Assembly (NCBI GenBank): GCA_963805435.1
Contig: CAWDUG010000001.1
Span: 199,145-263,144 of the forward strand
Direction of reading: 5' to 3'
DNA from: an uncultured Gammaproteobacteria bacterium
GTDB lineage: Bacteria > Pseudomonadota > Gammaproteobacteria > Steroidobacterales > Rariloculaceae
Length of the DNA stretch: 64,000 nt
A program made the translations under genes and the position numbers. The first letter of the stretch is position 1. The number at the start of each line of letters is the position of its first letter. Positions 19,663 to 28,341 of this stretch are shown here, piece by piece. Below the pieces are notes generated by a model that had not been told where the DNA came from, made no database searches, and was given only the letters and a program-made list of their open reading frames with translations.

Positions 19663-22371
19663 CTATTTCAGCGTCGAGGTCCAGTTCAACACGACCTTGT
19701 AGGGTGGCGCGCTCGCGCCGGCGCCTTCCGGAACCGGAATCAGGAAGCGTTCGCCGTCGCGCGACACGTCGAAGAACAGGACATTCGGCGGCACCTTGAA
19801 CAAGGCTTGCGGCGGGCCGCTCACGCTGAAGGTCGGCTCGGTACTGATCGCCACGGACATCACCGTGCCGTCGGCCGCGAGGTAGAACAATTCCTTGCCG
19901 TCCCTGCGCCAGAACGCGCCGCCAAATGTGGCGCCGCCCTTCGAGACCAACACTTGACCGCCCACCGATAGCGGCGCACCGGGCGCAGCACTCGGGTTGA
20001 ACGGGCGCACGTAGATCTCGGTGGTGCCCGATGCGTCCGACGCGTATGCGAACCAGCGCCCGTCCGGAGAGAAGCGCGCGTTGGCCTCGTTGAATCCCGT
20101 GGTGCTCACGACGGGGATCGCTTCACGCGCCTCGGGCACGCGCGAGAGGTCTACAGCCTGGATGTCGGCGGGGCCGGGCAGCGGGCCCGTAAACAGCAGA
20201 AAGCGCCCGTCGGGTGAAATCGCGGACAGCACGCCCAGGTCGGCGGCGCGAAACAGCAGCTCTTCCTCGCCGGCCAGGTTGGCGGCCCTGCGATACCAGG
20301 CGCTGCTACCGCCGTCGAGTCGCGCGAAGAGGACCTGGGTGCCGTCCGGCGACCACACCGGTTGAACATCGCGGCGGGGATCGAACGTAAACCGATTGTT
20401 CACGCCGCGCGCGAATTCGAAGAGGTAGATGTCGATGTTCTGCGCGCCGGGGTCCGCACGCTCGAGCGCGACGAGCCTCTCATCCGGCGACAGAGCGAGA
20501 ATCCGATAAATACCGGGCTCGCCGACCGTGCTCAAGACGTGGCCCTGACGATCGAACCACGTGAGCTGCCCCCGCAGGATGCCCGGTATTCCGCCGGGGA
20601 CGATGCTGCTGTCCACGCTGTAGACGAGCACACCGGTGTCCGATGCGGAGAAGCCCCGCACCTGCTCCGCGATGGCGACCGGGTCGCCGAGCAGACGCAA
20701 CTGCCGCGGGTCGATTGGCTGTGCCATCAGCGTGCCCGTATCGCCTGGCGTGATTCCCCCGCGGAGGAACAGGACGTAGCCGAGATCGGGGCGCGGTGAC
20801 GGTGCGTACTGCACGAGCGACACGTCGGGCAAGATCTTGCGCGGGGCGCCCGCGCCCGGCGTCGCGACATAGATGCCGGCCTCCCGCGTAGCACCGACGC
20901 ACGCGCAATACACGAAATTCCCGCCGGGTAGTGCGGACAGCGTCACTAGGCCGTTGCCGCCCCCGCCGCCACCCGCGGGCAGCGGCACCGGTGTTCCGCC
21001 CGATGACGGTACCTGCATCGCGCCCAAGGCGACGTCCGCATACACGATCTTGTCGTCCTGCGACCAGAAACCCCCGAACACCGCGGTTTGGACGTCGCCG
21101 AGAATTTGCGAAGGACCGCCGGTAGCGTCGATCTTGCGGACTTTGCCTGAGGCGGAGAAAACGAGGTAGCGGCTGTCGGCAGACCAGAACGGCAGGCCTT
21201 GAACCGAGGTCGCGCCTTCGAGCGGTCGCGCTTCCTGAGTAGCCATCGAACGCACCCAGATCTGCTCCGACCCATCGGGCCGCGTTACCCCAAACGCGAG
21301 CTGCCGGCCATCCGGGGAAATGGCGATGAGCGGCGACGACGGGGCGCCGGGCCGGGCGATGTCGAAGCGCACGGCGTCGACCGGCACGACCGGAGCGGGG
21401 CGCCGCCAGACCAGGGCTCCGAGGACGAGTGCGGCCACCGCCACGCCGGCCGCGACGGCCGGCCACACCCAGCGATACGGGCTCGCGGTACTTCGAGCGG
21501 CCACGGCCCGGATCGGGTGCGACAGCGACGCCTGCAACAGAATGCGCACGTCGCCGATGTCGCGTAGCCGCTGGGTCGGGTCCTTCTGCAGGCAGCGCTC
21601 CATGAGCGCCTGCACGCCTGCCGGCAGCGGCGGCAGCTTCGCCCAGTCCGGCTCCTGCTCCATGACGTGCACGAGCACGTGCGCATCCGACTTGCCGTCG
21701 AACAGCCGCTTGCCCGTGAGCATCTCGTACAGCAGCACGCCGAACGACCAGACGTCCGTGCGTTTGTCGACGGGCCGGCCCTCGGCTTGCTCGGGGCTCA
21801 TGTAAGACGCCGTGCCCATGACCACGCCGGCCGCGGTGTGATGCCCACGCGCTTGCGTGGACGCGGTGCCGCCGGTCTGTGTGGACTCCGCAGCGAACGC
21901 CTTGGCGAGCCCGAAGTCGAGCACCTTGACCTTGCCGTCCGTCGTGAGCTTGACGTTGGCGGGCTTCAGGTCGCGGTGCACGATGCCCTTCTCGTGCGCC
22001 GCATCGAGCGCGTCGGCGATCTGCCCGGCGATTCTCAATGCTTCGGCCACGGGGATCGGGCCCGTGAGCAGGCGGTCGGCCAGTGTCGGCCCCTCGACGA
22101 GCTCGAGCACGAGGCAGGGAACGCCCTCGACGTGCTCGACGCCGTAGATGGCGGCGACGTGCGGATGATTCAGCGACGCGAGCAGCACCGCTTCCTGCTC
22201 GAAGCGCGCGAGCCGATCGGACTGCTCGGCGAAGTTCGGTGGCAGGACCTTGATCGCGACTTCGCGTTTGAGCTTGGTGTCCAGCGCGCGGTACACCTCG
22301 CCCATGCCCCCGGCCCCGAGCAGGCCGAGAATCTCGAAATGCGCCAAGCGTGATCCGGCGCGCAGCTCCAT
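19663..22371 (-). CDS. transmembrane Ser/Thr protein kinase with C-terminal TolB-like beta-propeller
   Basis: Hanks kinase motifs GAGGMGEVY, AIK, HRDLKPAN, DFG and SPE. One TM helix (WVWPAVAAGVAVAALVLGALVW). About 570 aa of repeated ..SPDG..L.F.. propeller blades follow. Confidence 0.9.
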   Translation of the reverse strand: MELRAGSRLAHFEILGLLGAGGMGEVYRALDTKLKREVAIKVLPPNFAEQSDRLARFEQEAVLLASLNHPHVAAIYGVEHVEGVPCLVLELVEGPTLADRLLTGPIPVAEALRIAGQIADALDAAHEKGIVHRDLKPANVKLTTDGKVKVLDFGLAKAFAAESTQTGGTASTQARGHHTAAGVVMGTASYMSPEQAEGRPVDKRTDVWSFGVLLYEMLTGKRLFDGKSDAHVLVHVMEQEPDWAKLPPLPAGVQALMERCLQKDPTQRLRDIGDVRILLQASLSHPIRAVAARSTASPYRWVWPAVAAGVAVAALVLGALVWRRPAPVVPVDAVRFDIARPGAPSSPLIAISPDGRQLAFGVTRPDGSEQIWVRSMATQEARPLEGATSVQGLPFWSADSRYLVFSASGKVRKIDATGGPSQILGDVQTAVFGGFWSQDDKIVYADVALGAMQVPSSGGTPVPLPAGGGGGGNGLVTLSALPGGNFVYCACVGATREAGIYVATPGAGAPRKILPDVSLVQYAPSPRPDLGYVLFLRGGITPGDTGTLMAQPIDPRQLRLLGDPVAIAEQVRGFSASDTGVLVYSVDSSIVPGGIPGILRGQLTWFDRQGHVLSTVGEPGIYRILALSPDERLVALERADPGAQNIDIYLFEFARGVNNRFTFDPRRDVQPVWSPDGTQVLFARLDGGSSAWYRRAANLAGEEELLFRAADLGVLSAISPDGRFLLFTGPLPGPADIQAVDLSRVPEAREAIPVVSTTGFNEANARFSPDGRWFAYASDASGTTEIYVRPFNPSAAPGAPLSVGGQVLVSKGGATFGGAFWRRDGKELFYLAADGTVMSVAISTEPTFSVSGPPQALFKVPPNVLFFDVSRDGERFLIPVPEGAGASAPPYKVVLNWTSTLK

Positions 22372-22412
22372 GGGGCTCCCGCAGCATCGACTTTCGTTGC
22401 GGGCTATCTTAG

Positions 22413-22901
<489 letters not shown>

Positions 22902-23068
22902 GCGTGTGAACGTGGCCTCACGCGCGACATTGCGCACGGTCACGAGACCGTGGCTCGAGTCTTGGAGAAACTGGATAGCGTGAGACTCCGCGTTACACGG
23001 CCAACCCGTGGACCGGGGGGTGACGGCCAGCGTACGATGCCCCGCAAGTAATCACTCGGGGAAGATCA

Positions 23069-24511
23069 GTGAAGTTCACTCAACGTCTCTGGACAACCGC
23101 TACCGCGGCATGCCTTGCGACCAGTTTCGCTGCGCCCGTCATTGCACAGCAGGTCGCGGACCCCGGCTTCAAGAGCGTGGGCCGCGGCGCGCCCGTGGCG
23201 GCGGCTATGCCCACGGTGACACTCCAGCTCGGACCACGGGCTGCAAACGTGGATCCCGCGGAGACGCAGCGGTCCATGGAAGTGGTAAACCGCGTGTTCG
23301 TCGGGCCGTTTGCGTTCGGCCCCGTGCGCGTCGTCGCCGCGCAAGACGGCGCCGTGCCGGCGGGCGTGCAGGCGCTACCGACCGACCTGTTCACGTCGAA
23401 GGACTTCTACTCCGATCGCGCGCTGTGGACCGACAAGCGCTACTTCCGCTGCAACAGCCCGCTCGCGCTCGAGTCGCAACGAGGCGCGATCGGGGGCGGG
23501 CTGATCGGTAAAGATCCGCCGCGCACAGCTGCGTGGGGATATTGCGATCGCGATTACCCGCGCGAAGGCATCGTGAGTCCCTACAAGTTCAAGACCGCGC
23601 AGGAGCACTACGAAGCGTTGCTCGCGGAAACGAAGAAGCGCGGCGGCCCCACGCAGCACACGTATGCCACCGTTCCGGGCGACGTGAACGGCCGCTACGC
23701 GCCGGGCGGCTTCTTCGATAACTGGTATTCCGCGATGCTCGCGGTGCAGCTCCCGACCGTGCTGTCGGTGCTGACGCCGGAATATCAGAAGCGCTTCGTT
23801 CAGGATATGTACCACCAGGGCAACACGAACGCGCCGCAGTGGCCGTCGCAGTACTGCTGGCCCGAGGGGTTCATGCGGCGCTGGTACTCGGCCGCCATCC
23901 AGTTCCCGCAGACCGTGATCGTGACGCCGTCGCTGTTTCACATCGAAGCCGGCGTCGCCGACAACTTCATCACGAACGTCTACATCGGCCGCACGTTCAA
24001 CATGGAGGATGTCGCGAAGGGCGGGGTCCCTCGCCTGGGCCCGGCGGTGCCGCGCTGGTACGGCGAGACGATCGGCTTCTGGGACAAGGACGCACTCATC
24101 ACGTGGACGTCGAACATCCAGGGCTGGGCCGGCCACGGCGTGTTCGAGTTCTCGAGCAAGCTGCAGACGATCGAGATCTACACGCCGGTGCGCGACCAGG
24201 CGGGCAAGGTTACGGCGCTGAACCACGAGTCCGTGTTCTACGACCCGGAAGCGTTCGTCGAGCCGATCCGCATCGTCCGCAACTACCGGCGGCTCTCCGG
24301 CTTCGAGGAAGGGGATCCTCCGCCCTTCATCGAATGCATTGCGACGATCTTCCCGATCAAGGGGCACTCGACGCCGGTGAGCCCCGGCACGACGATCGAG
24401 TACGAAGTGCCGGACATGTTCGGCCGGCCGTGGGCCCACCTCTGGGAGGAGTACTTCGAGAAGGGAATGAAGCGGCCCGACGAGAAGGACATCTTCGACT
24501 TCAGCAAGTGA
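23069..24511 (+). CDS. secreted uncharacterised protein, large paralogue B
   Basis: GTG start. Signal peptide ...FAAPVIAQQ. Collinear with the 3692..5080 product, sharing [35 protein letters not shown] and [24 protein letters not shown]. Confidence 0.75.
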   Translation: MKFTQRLWTTATAACLATSFAAPVIAQQVADPGFKSVGRGAPVAAAMPTVTLQLGPRAANVDPAETQRSMEVVNRVFVGPFAFGPVRVVAAQDGAVPAGVQALPTDLFTSKDFYSDRALWTDKRYFRCNSPLALESQRGAIGGGLIGKDPPRTAAWGYCDRDYPREGIVSPYKFKTAQEHYEALLAETKKRGGPTQHTYATVPGDVNGRYAPGGFFDNWYSAMLAVQLPTVLSVLTPEYQKRFVQDMYHQGNTNAPQWPSQYCWPEGFMRRWYSAAIQFPQTVIVTPSLFHIEAGVADNFITNVYIGRTFNMEDVAKGGVPRLGPAVPRWYGETIGFWDKDALITWTSNIQGWAGHGVFEFSSKLQTIEIYTPVRDQAGKVTALNHESVFYDPEAFVEPIRIVRNYRRLSGFEEGDPPPFIECIATIFPIKGHSTPVSPGTTIEYEVPDMFGRPWAHLWEEYFEKGMKRPDEKDIFDFSK

Positions 24512-24547
24512 GCCACGATCACACAGCCGAAGTGGAAGTTCGAGGGC

Positions 24548-24985
24548 GTGCGCGTCGTCCATGCGCACGAGCTCGACATCAACACGCCGCAGACGCCCGG
24601 TATGAATCGCGCCGCCGCGATCACGACCGCGCGCACCGGCGCGGAGAAGCTCTGGGCCGGCACGGTCACGATCCATCCGAAGGCGAAGACGGGCGCGCAT
24701 CACCACGGCCCGGTCGAGAGCGTGATCTACGTGGTGAGCGGCAAAGCGCGCATGCGCTGGGGCGAGCGGCTCGAGTTCGTCGCCGAGGCGGGCCCCGGCG
24801 ACTTCATCTTCGTGCCGCCGTACGTCCCGCACCAGGAGATCAACGCCTCCGACAGCGAGCCGCTGAACTGCGTGCTCTGCCGCTCGGGCCAGGAGCCGGT
24901 CGTCGTGAATCTCGACATCCCGGTCGTCGAAAAGCCGGAGGAAGTGCACTGGGTGGACAACATTCACCCGGCGCCGAAGGCGTAG
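24548..24985 (+). CDS. cupin domain protein
   Basis: GAHHHGPVESVIYVVSG...GDFIFVPPYVPHQE corresponds to cupin motifs 1 and 2. A GTG at 24508 (overlapping the upstream TGA) opens VSHDHT in another frame, so the N terminus may be frameshifted near ~24525. Confidence 0.7.
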   Translation: MRVVHAHELDINTPQTPGMNRAAAITTARTGAEKLWAGTVTIHPKAKTGAHHHGPVESVIYVVSGKARMRWGERLEFVAEAGPGDFIFVPPYVPHQEINASDSEPLNCVLCRSGQEPVVVNLDIPVVEKPEEVHWVDNIHPAPKA

Positions 24986-24998
24986 ACGCAACGTCGGA

Positions 24999-25379
24999 GT
25001 GATGCGCGTGGCTGAACGACGCTGCTTGCATTGCGGCATGGCCGCCACCGCGTTGCGGTTCGATCTCGACCAGGCGCCGCCGCGTCTCGATTGCTCGAAG
25101 TGTGACCAGAATCTCTACCTGCAGCACAACGGGCGTTTCCTCACCCGCGACATCGCGCACGGTCGCGAGACCGTGGCCCGGGCGTCGGCAAAACTGGACG
25201 CCGTGCTGCTCGAGGCGTGGCGCGGCTACGACCGCGGCGTGCGCATCATCGTGGGCGGCGGTCTGATCCGCGAGGAAGTGCTTCAGCGGCTGCGCTACTA
25301 CCGGGAGCGCGGCGTTGTGCGTGAGTACCACGAGGACAGCCCCAATCGCGGAGCCATCGTCGCGACCCTGCGCGACTGA
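24999..25379 (+). CDS. small zinc-ribbon plus Smr-like domain protein
   Basis: CLHCG...CSKC is a putative zinc ribbon. It is followed by DIAHGRETVARASAKLDAVLLEAWRGYDRGVRIIVGGG, which resembles the Smr (MutS2 C-terminal) H-G...I-I-x-G-x-G pattern. Confidence 0.5.
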   Translation: MMRVAERRCLHCGMAATALRFDLDQAPPRLDCSKCDQNLYLQHNGRFLTRDIAHGRETVARASAKLDAVLLEAWRGYDRGVRIIVGGGLIREEVLQRLRYYRERGVVREYHEDSPNRGAIVATLRD

Positions 25380-26424
25380 TCAGTGTTCGCCGGCCGTCAG
25401 GTGGCGTCGCGCGGTGGCCGGATCGCAGAGGTACTCCTGCAGCTTGTAGCCGGCGTTCAAGTTGAAGCGCTGCTCGTCCGTCACCGGCTTCGCGAGGTAC
25501 TCGGGGTCCGTCATCGTGAAGTGCAGCGTCAATCCGCGGCCGTCGTCGCTCAGCGTGTAACGCTCGACGGTCGTCTTGCGCTCGCTCGAGTCGACGCCTC
25601 GGCCGTTACCCCAGCGCACGGGCGCGAACTTCGCCGTCTCGATCACGAGCTCGCCGTTCTCGAGCCGGCCGATCGAGTGGCCGAGCGGCGAGGGCGCCAC
25701 GGCGGTCGGATGGGACGCCATGTTCAGATGCACGACGCGCTTCAGCTCGTTGACCTCGTAGTGGATCTCGAGCGTGTCGGCATTCGGCCGCGTGATCTGG
25801 AACGGATACGGGTAGCCCAGGATCTCCGGCATCGTCTGCGGTGAGCAGTCCCACTCGGGGTTGCTGATCGGGGTCGAAGTGATCGAGCTCGGCCTGACCC
25901 TTGGCCGTGACCGGCAGCGTGTTCACGACCACGGTGTCGGGGCGGTTGCGCCCGAGCACGTCGCCCTTGAACTGAATCCGCCACACGCCGGTGAAATCCG
26001 TCGACTTGGCCGCCAATTGCTCCGCGGAGGGCTTTGGTGGGGAGGTGAGTTGGGGGCCGCCCCAGGCCCAGATGTCCTTGCCGTCTCTGATGAACAGGTT
26101 CGCGTAAATGAAGTGCCGCTCGGCGTTCCGATCCGGGTTGCCGCGCGCGACCACGCGGTCGCCCTGCTTCAGCGTGTCGGGCGTCCAGCCGAACCGCATG
26201 AGCACCGGCGTGGAGTTCAGCTCGAACGTCCACTGCTCGACCGGGCCGTCGCCCTTTCTGCCTTCCACCACCGCGTAGGCGTGGGGATTGCGCCACGAGA
26301 ACTCCTTGACCGTACCCGTGATCTCGACCGTGGAGTCGAGATCGAAGTTCGCACGCGAGTGATGGGCGAGGGCGGGAGCTGCGACGAAGGCTGTCGCGAA
26401 TGCTGCAAGGGTGTGGGCACGCAT
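25380..26424 (-). pseudogene. fusion of HH-protein (DUF6152-like) and two-Cys partner domains, one frameshift
   Basis: N-terminal part: MRAHTLAAFATAFVAAPALA, then HHSRANFD...FSWRNPHAYAVVEG. Then TDFTGVW (partner N-terminal motif). After an indel in a C run near ~25853 comes EWDCSPQTMPEILGYPYP...GRLENGELVIETAKF...ERYT...YLCDP (ORF 25380..25832). Confidence 0.75.
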
Positions 26425-26514
26425 CTGGCTACTCCTCGACGGCAGGTGGGATGCGAGACCCAGTGTACTCGCGCGGGTATAGTCGCGGTGTGCATCTGGC
26501 ACTCGGGGGAAGTC

Positions 26515-27408
26515 ATGGCCAACATCATCAAGACCCACACGCTGCAACGGCGCAAACTGTTCGCGATCCTTGCGGCGGCGCCGCTGCTCGCGTCCCAGGC
26601 TGCGCGTGCGCTCGAGCCCGGAATCCGGCAGGGCAAGATCAAGCAGAGCGTCATGCCGTCCGTCTGGGGGAGCTTGAAGCTCAGCATCGAGGAGCGTTGC
26701 GAGGTCCTCGCCGCGCTCGGCTTCGCGGGCATGGATCTGCCGGCGCCCGATGAGATTCCCGTCCTCAAGAAGTACGGCCTCGCGCCGGCCATGATGGTGG
26801 GCACGGGCACGACGTTTCAGGACGGGCTGATCCGCCGCGAGCTGCACAACAAGATCGAGGAAGCGACGCGAGCCGGCATCGACCTCTGCGCAGAAGTCGG
26901 TTGCCGAAACCTCATCGCGCTACCGGGAGAGCGCCGCGGCATGTCGCGCCAGGAGGGCGCCGACAACGCTGTCGCGATTTTGAAGCGCATTGCGCCGTAC
27001 GCCGAACGCAAGGGCGTGTACGTCAGCATGGAGATCACGAACTCGAAGGTGCCGGGCGACAATCGCACGGACCAGGTATTCAACGACGTCAATTGGGGCT
27101 TCGACGTGTGCCGCCGGACGGGCTCTCCGAACATCAGGATCGTGTACGACATGTACCACGTGCAGATCATGAACGGCGACGTCGTGCGCACGATGCGCGA
27201 CAATCTCGGCCTCATCTGCCACGTGCACGTCGCCGGCGTGCCGACGCGCGGCGAGATCGATCACAACGAGCTCGACTTTCGCTACATCGCGCAGCAGATC
27301 GTCGACATGGGCTACGACGGTTTCGTCGCGCACGAGTGGCGGCCGAGCGCAGGAAGAAATCCGCTGATCGATCTTGCGATCGCCTACGACATCTTGACCG
27401 TGACTTGA
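26515..27408 (+). CDS. Tat-exported sugar phosphate isomerase/epimerase (xylose-isomerase-like TIM barrel)
   Basis: MANIIKTHTLQRRKLFAILAAAPLLASQAARA is a twin-arginine signal. MEITNSK, YDMYHVQIMNGD, HVHVAG and VAHEW blocks are typical of hydroxypyruvate-isomerase-like TIM barrels. Confidence 0.75.
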   Translation: MANIIKTHTLQRRKLFAILAAAPLLASQAARALEPGIRQGKIKQSVMPSVWGSLKLSIEERCEVLAALGFAGMDLPAPDEIPVLKKYGLAPAMMVGTGTTFQDGLIRRELHNKIEEATRAGIDLCAEVGCRNLIALPGERRGMSRQEGADNAVAILKRIAPYAERKGVYVSMEITNSKVPGDNRTDQVFNDVNWGFDVCRRTGSPNIRIVYDMYHVQIMNGDVVRTMRDNLGLICHVHVAGVPTRGEIDHNELDFRYIAQQIVDMGYDGFVAHEWRPSAGRNPLIDLAIAYDILTVT

Positions 27409-27571
27409 TTCACCGGTCGACCGGAGAGGTCGTGCCGACGTGCCGCGCCCGCAAAATGGGGCGGTGAACGGGCGGGCAGTCGCCCGCGGCCGGAAGCCAA
27501 GACTGGGGGGCCTGGCTGCCGCCGCGAGCGCGCCTGTTAATCACGCGCCGTAGGGGTTGCGTGGGTCCGCA

Positions 27572-28147
27572 TCAATCACGTGTTTTCACGACACCGTGAA
27601 TCGCAATGGTTCCGAAATGTACGGTCGCGGGGCCTGCGAAGGTCAGCGTGACGTTGGAATACTGCACCTCCGAACCCCCCGTCACGCAGATCTTGAGCGT
27701 CGACGGGCCCATCGATTCAAACGGCGCTGGGTTGCCGTTGCCAGTAACGCTGGCTGTTCCCGTGACCTGTAGCCCATTGCATCCGCTCGGGCTCTGCTCA
27801 ACGCTCGCATTGTGCATCGCGATGTGATGCGTATGGGGGCTGCGCAGCGCGGGATTGTCGATGTCCGACGGCGTTCGCGAGTAGTCGGAGAGCTCCATCG
27901 CGATCGCCGCCGAGAATTCGGCCTTCGTGGACTTCCGTTGCAGTTGCAGGGACCACTCGCCGTGAATCTGCCACGGCCCCAGCGGGCTCACGCCATTCTG
28001 GGCGGAGTAGTCATCGATCAGTCCGTTCAGCCGCTCGGTTCGTTTGTCGTCGTCGTCCGCCAGCACCCGCGTCGCAGCCGCCAGAGCTGCGGCCGAGCAC
28101 AGCAGTGCGACGGCCTTGGTCGACCACATTGATGTCTTACGGTTCAT
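27572..28147 (-). CDS. secreted hypothetical protein
   Basis: MNRKTSMWSTKAVALLCSAAALAAATRVLA signal peptide. No family recognised. Coding-like composition and an ATG at 28145-28147. Confidence 0.55.
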   Translation of the reverse strand: MNRKTSMWSTKAVALLCSAAALAAATRVLADDDDKRTERLNGLIDDYSAQNGVSPLGPWQIHGEWSLQLQRKSTKAEFSAAIAMELSDYSRTPSDIDNPALRSPHTHHIAMHNASVEQSPSGCNGLQVTGTASVTGNGNPAPFESMGPSTLKICVTGGSEVQYSNVTLTFAGPATVHFGTIAIHGVVKTRD

Positions 28148-28341
28148 CGATAGCACCTCCAAGTTTGTGTTCCGCCTAGCCGAGTCTCGTGCCTCCAGAC
28201 CATCCGCCAAGCCTGGACGCCGGGCAAACGGTGACACGCGGCAATGGGCCGGTTACCGTCAAATACCGTCTATTACCCTGCCGGCCCGAGCGATAGAATC
28301 GAGACACCTCCCTGGGACTCCCTGGTCGCTTAGAGCCAATC

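Noticed and set aside
20480-22387. 635-aa minus-strand ORF overlapping the kinase. Similar long alternative-frame ORFs occur at 23375..25048, 35905..37740, 38936..40951, 52085..53161 and 54712..56085.
   Set aside because: All lie in alternative frames or antisense to genes with strong family motifs. All have extreme Arg/Ala/Gly/Pro composition and no motifs. They are high-GC artefacts.
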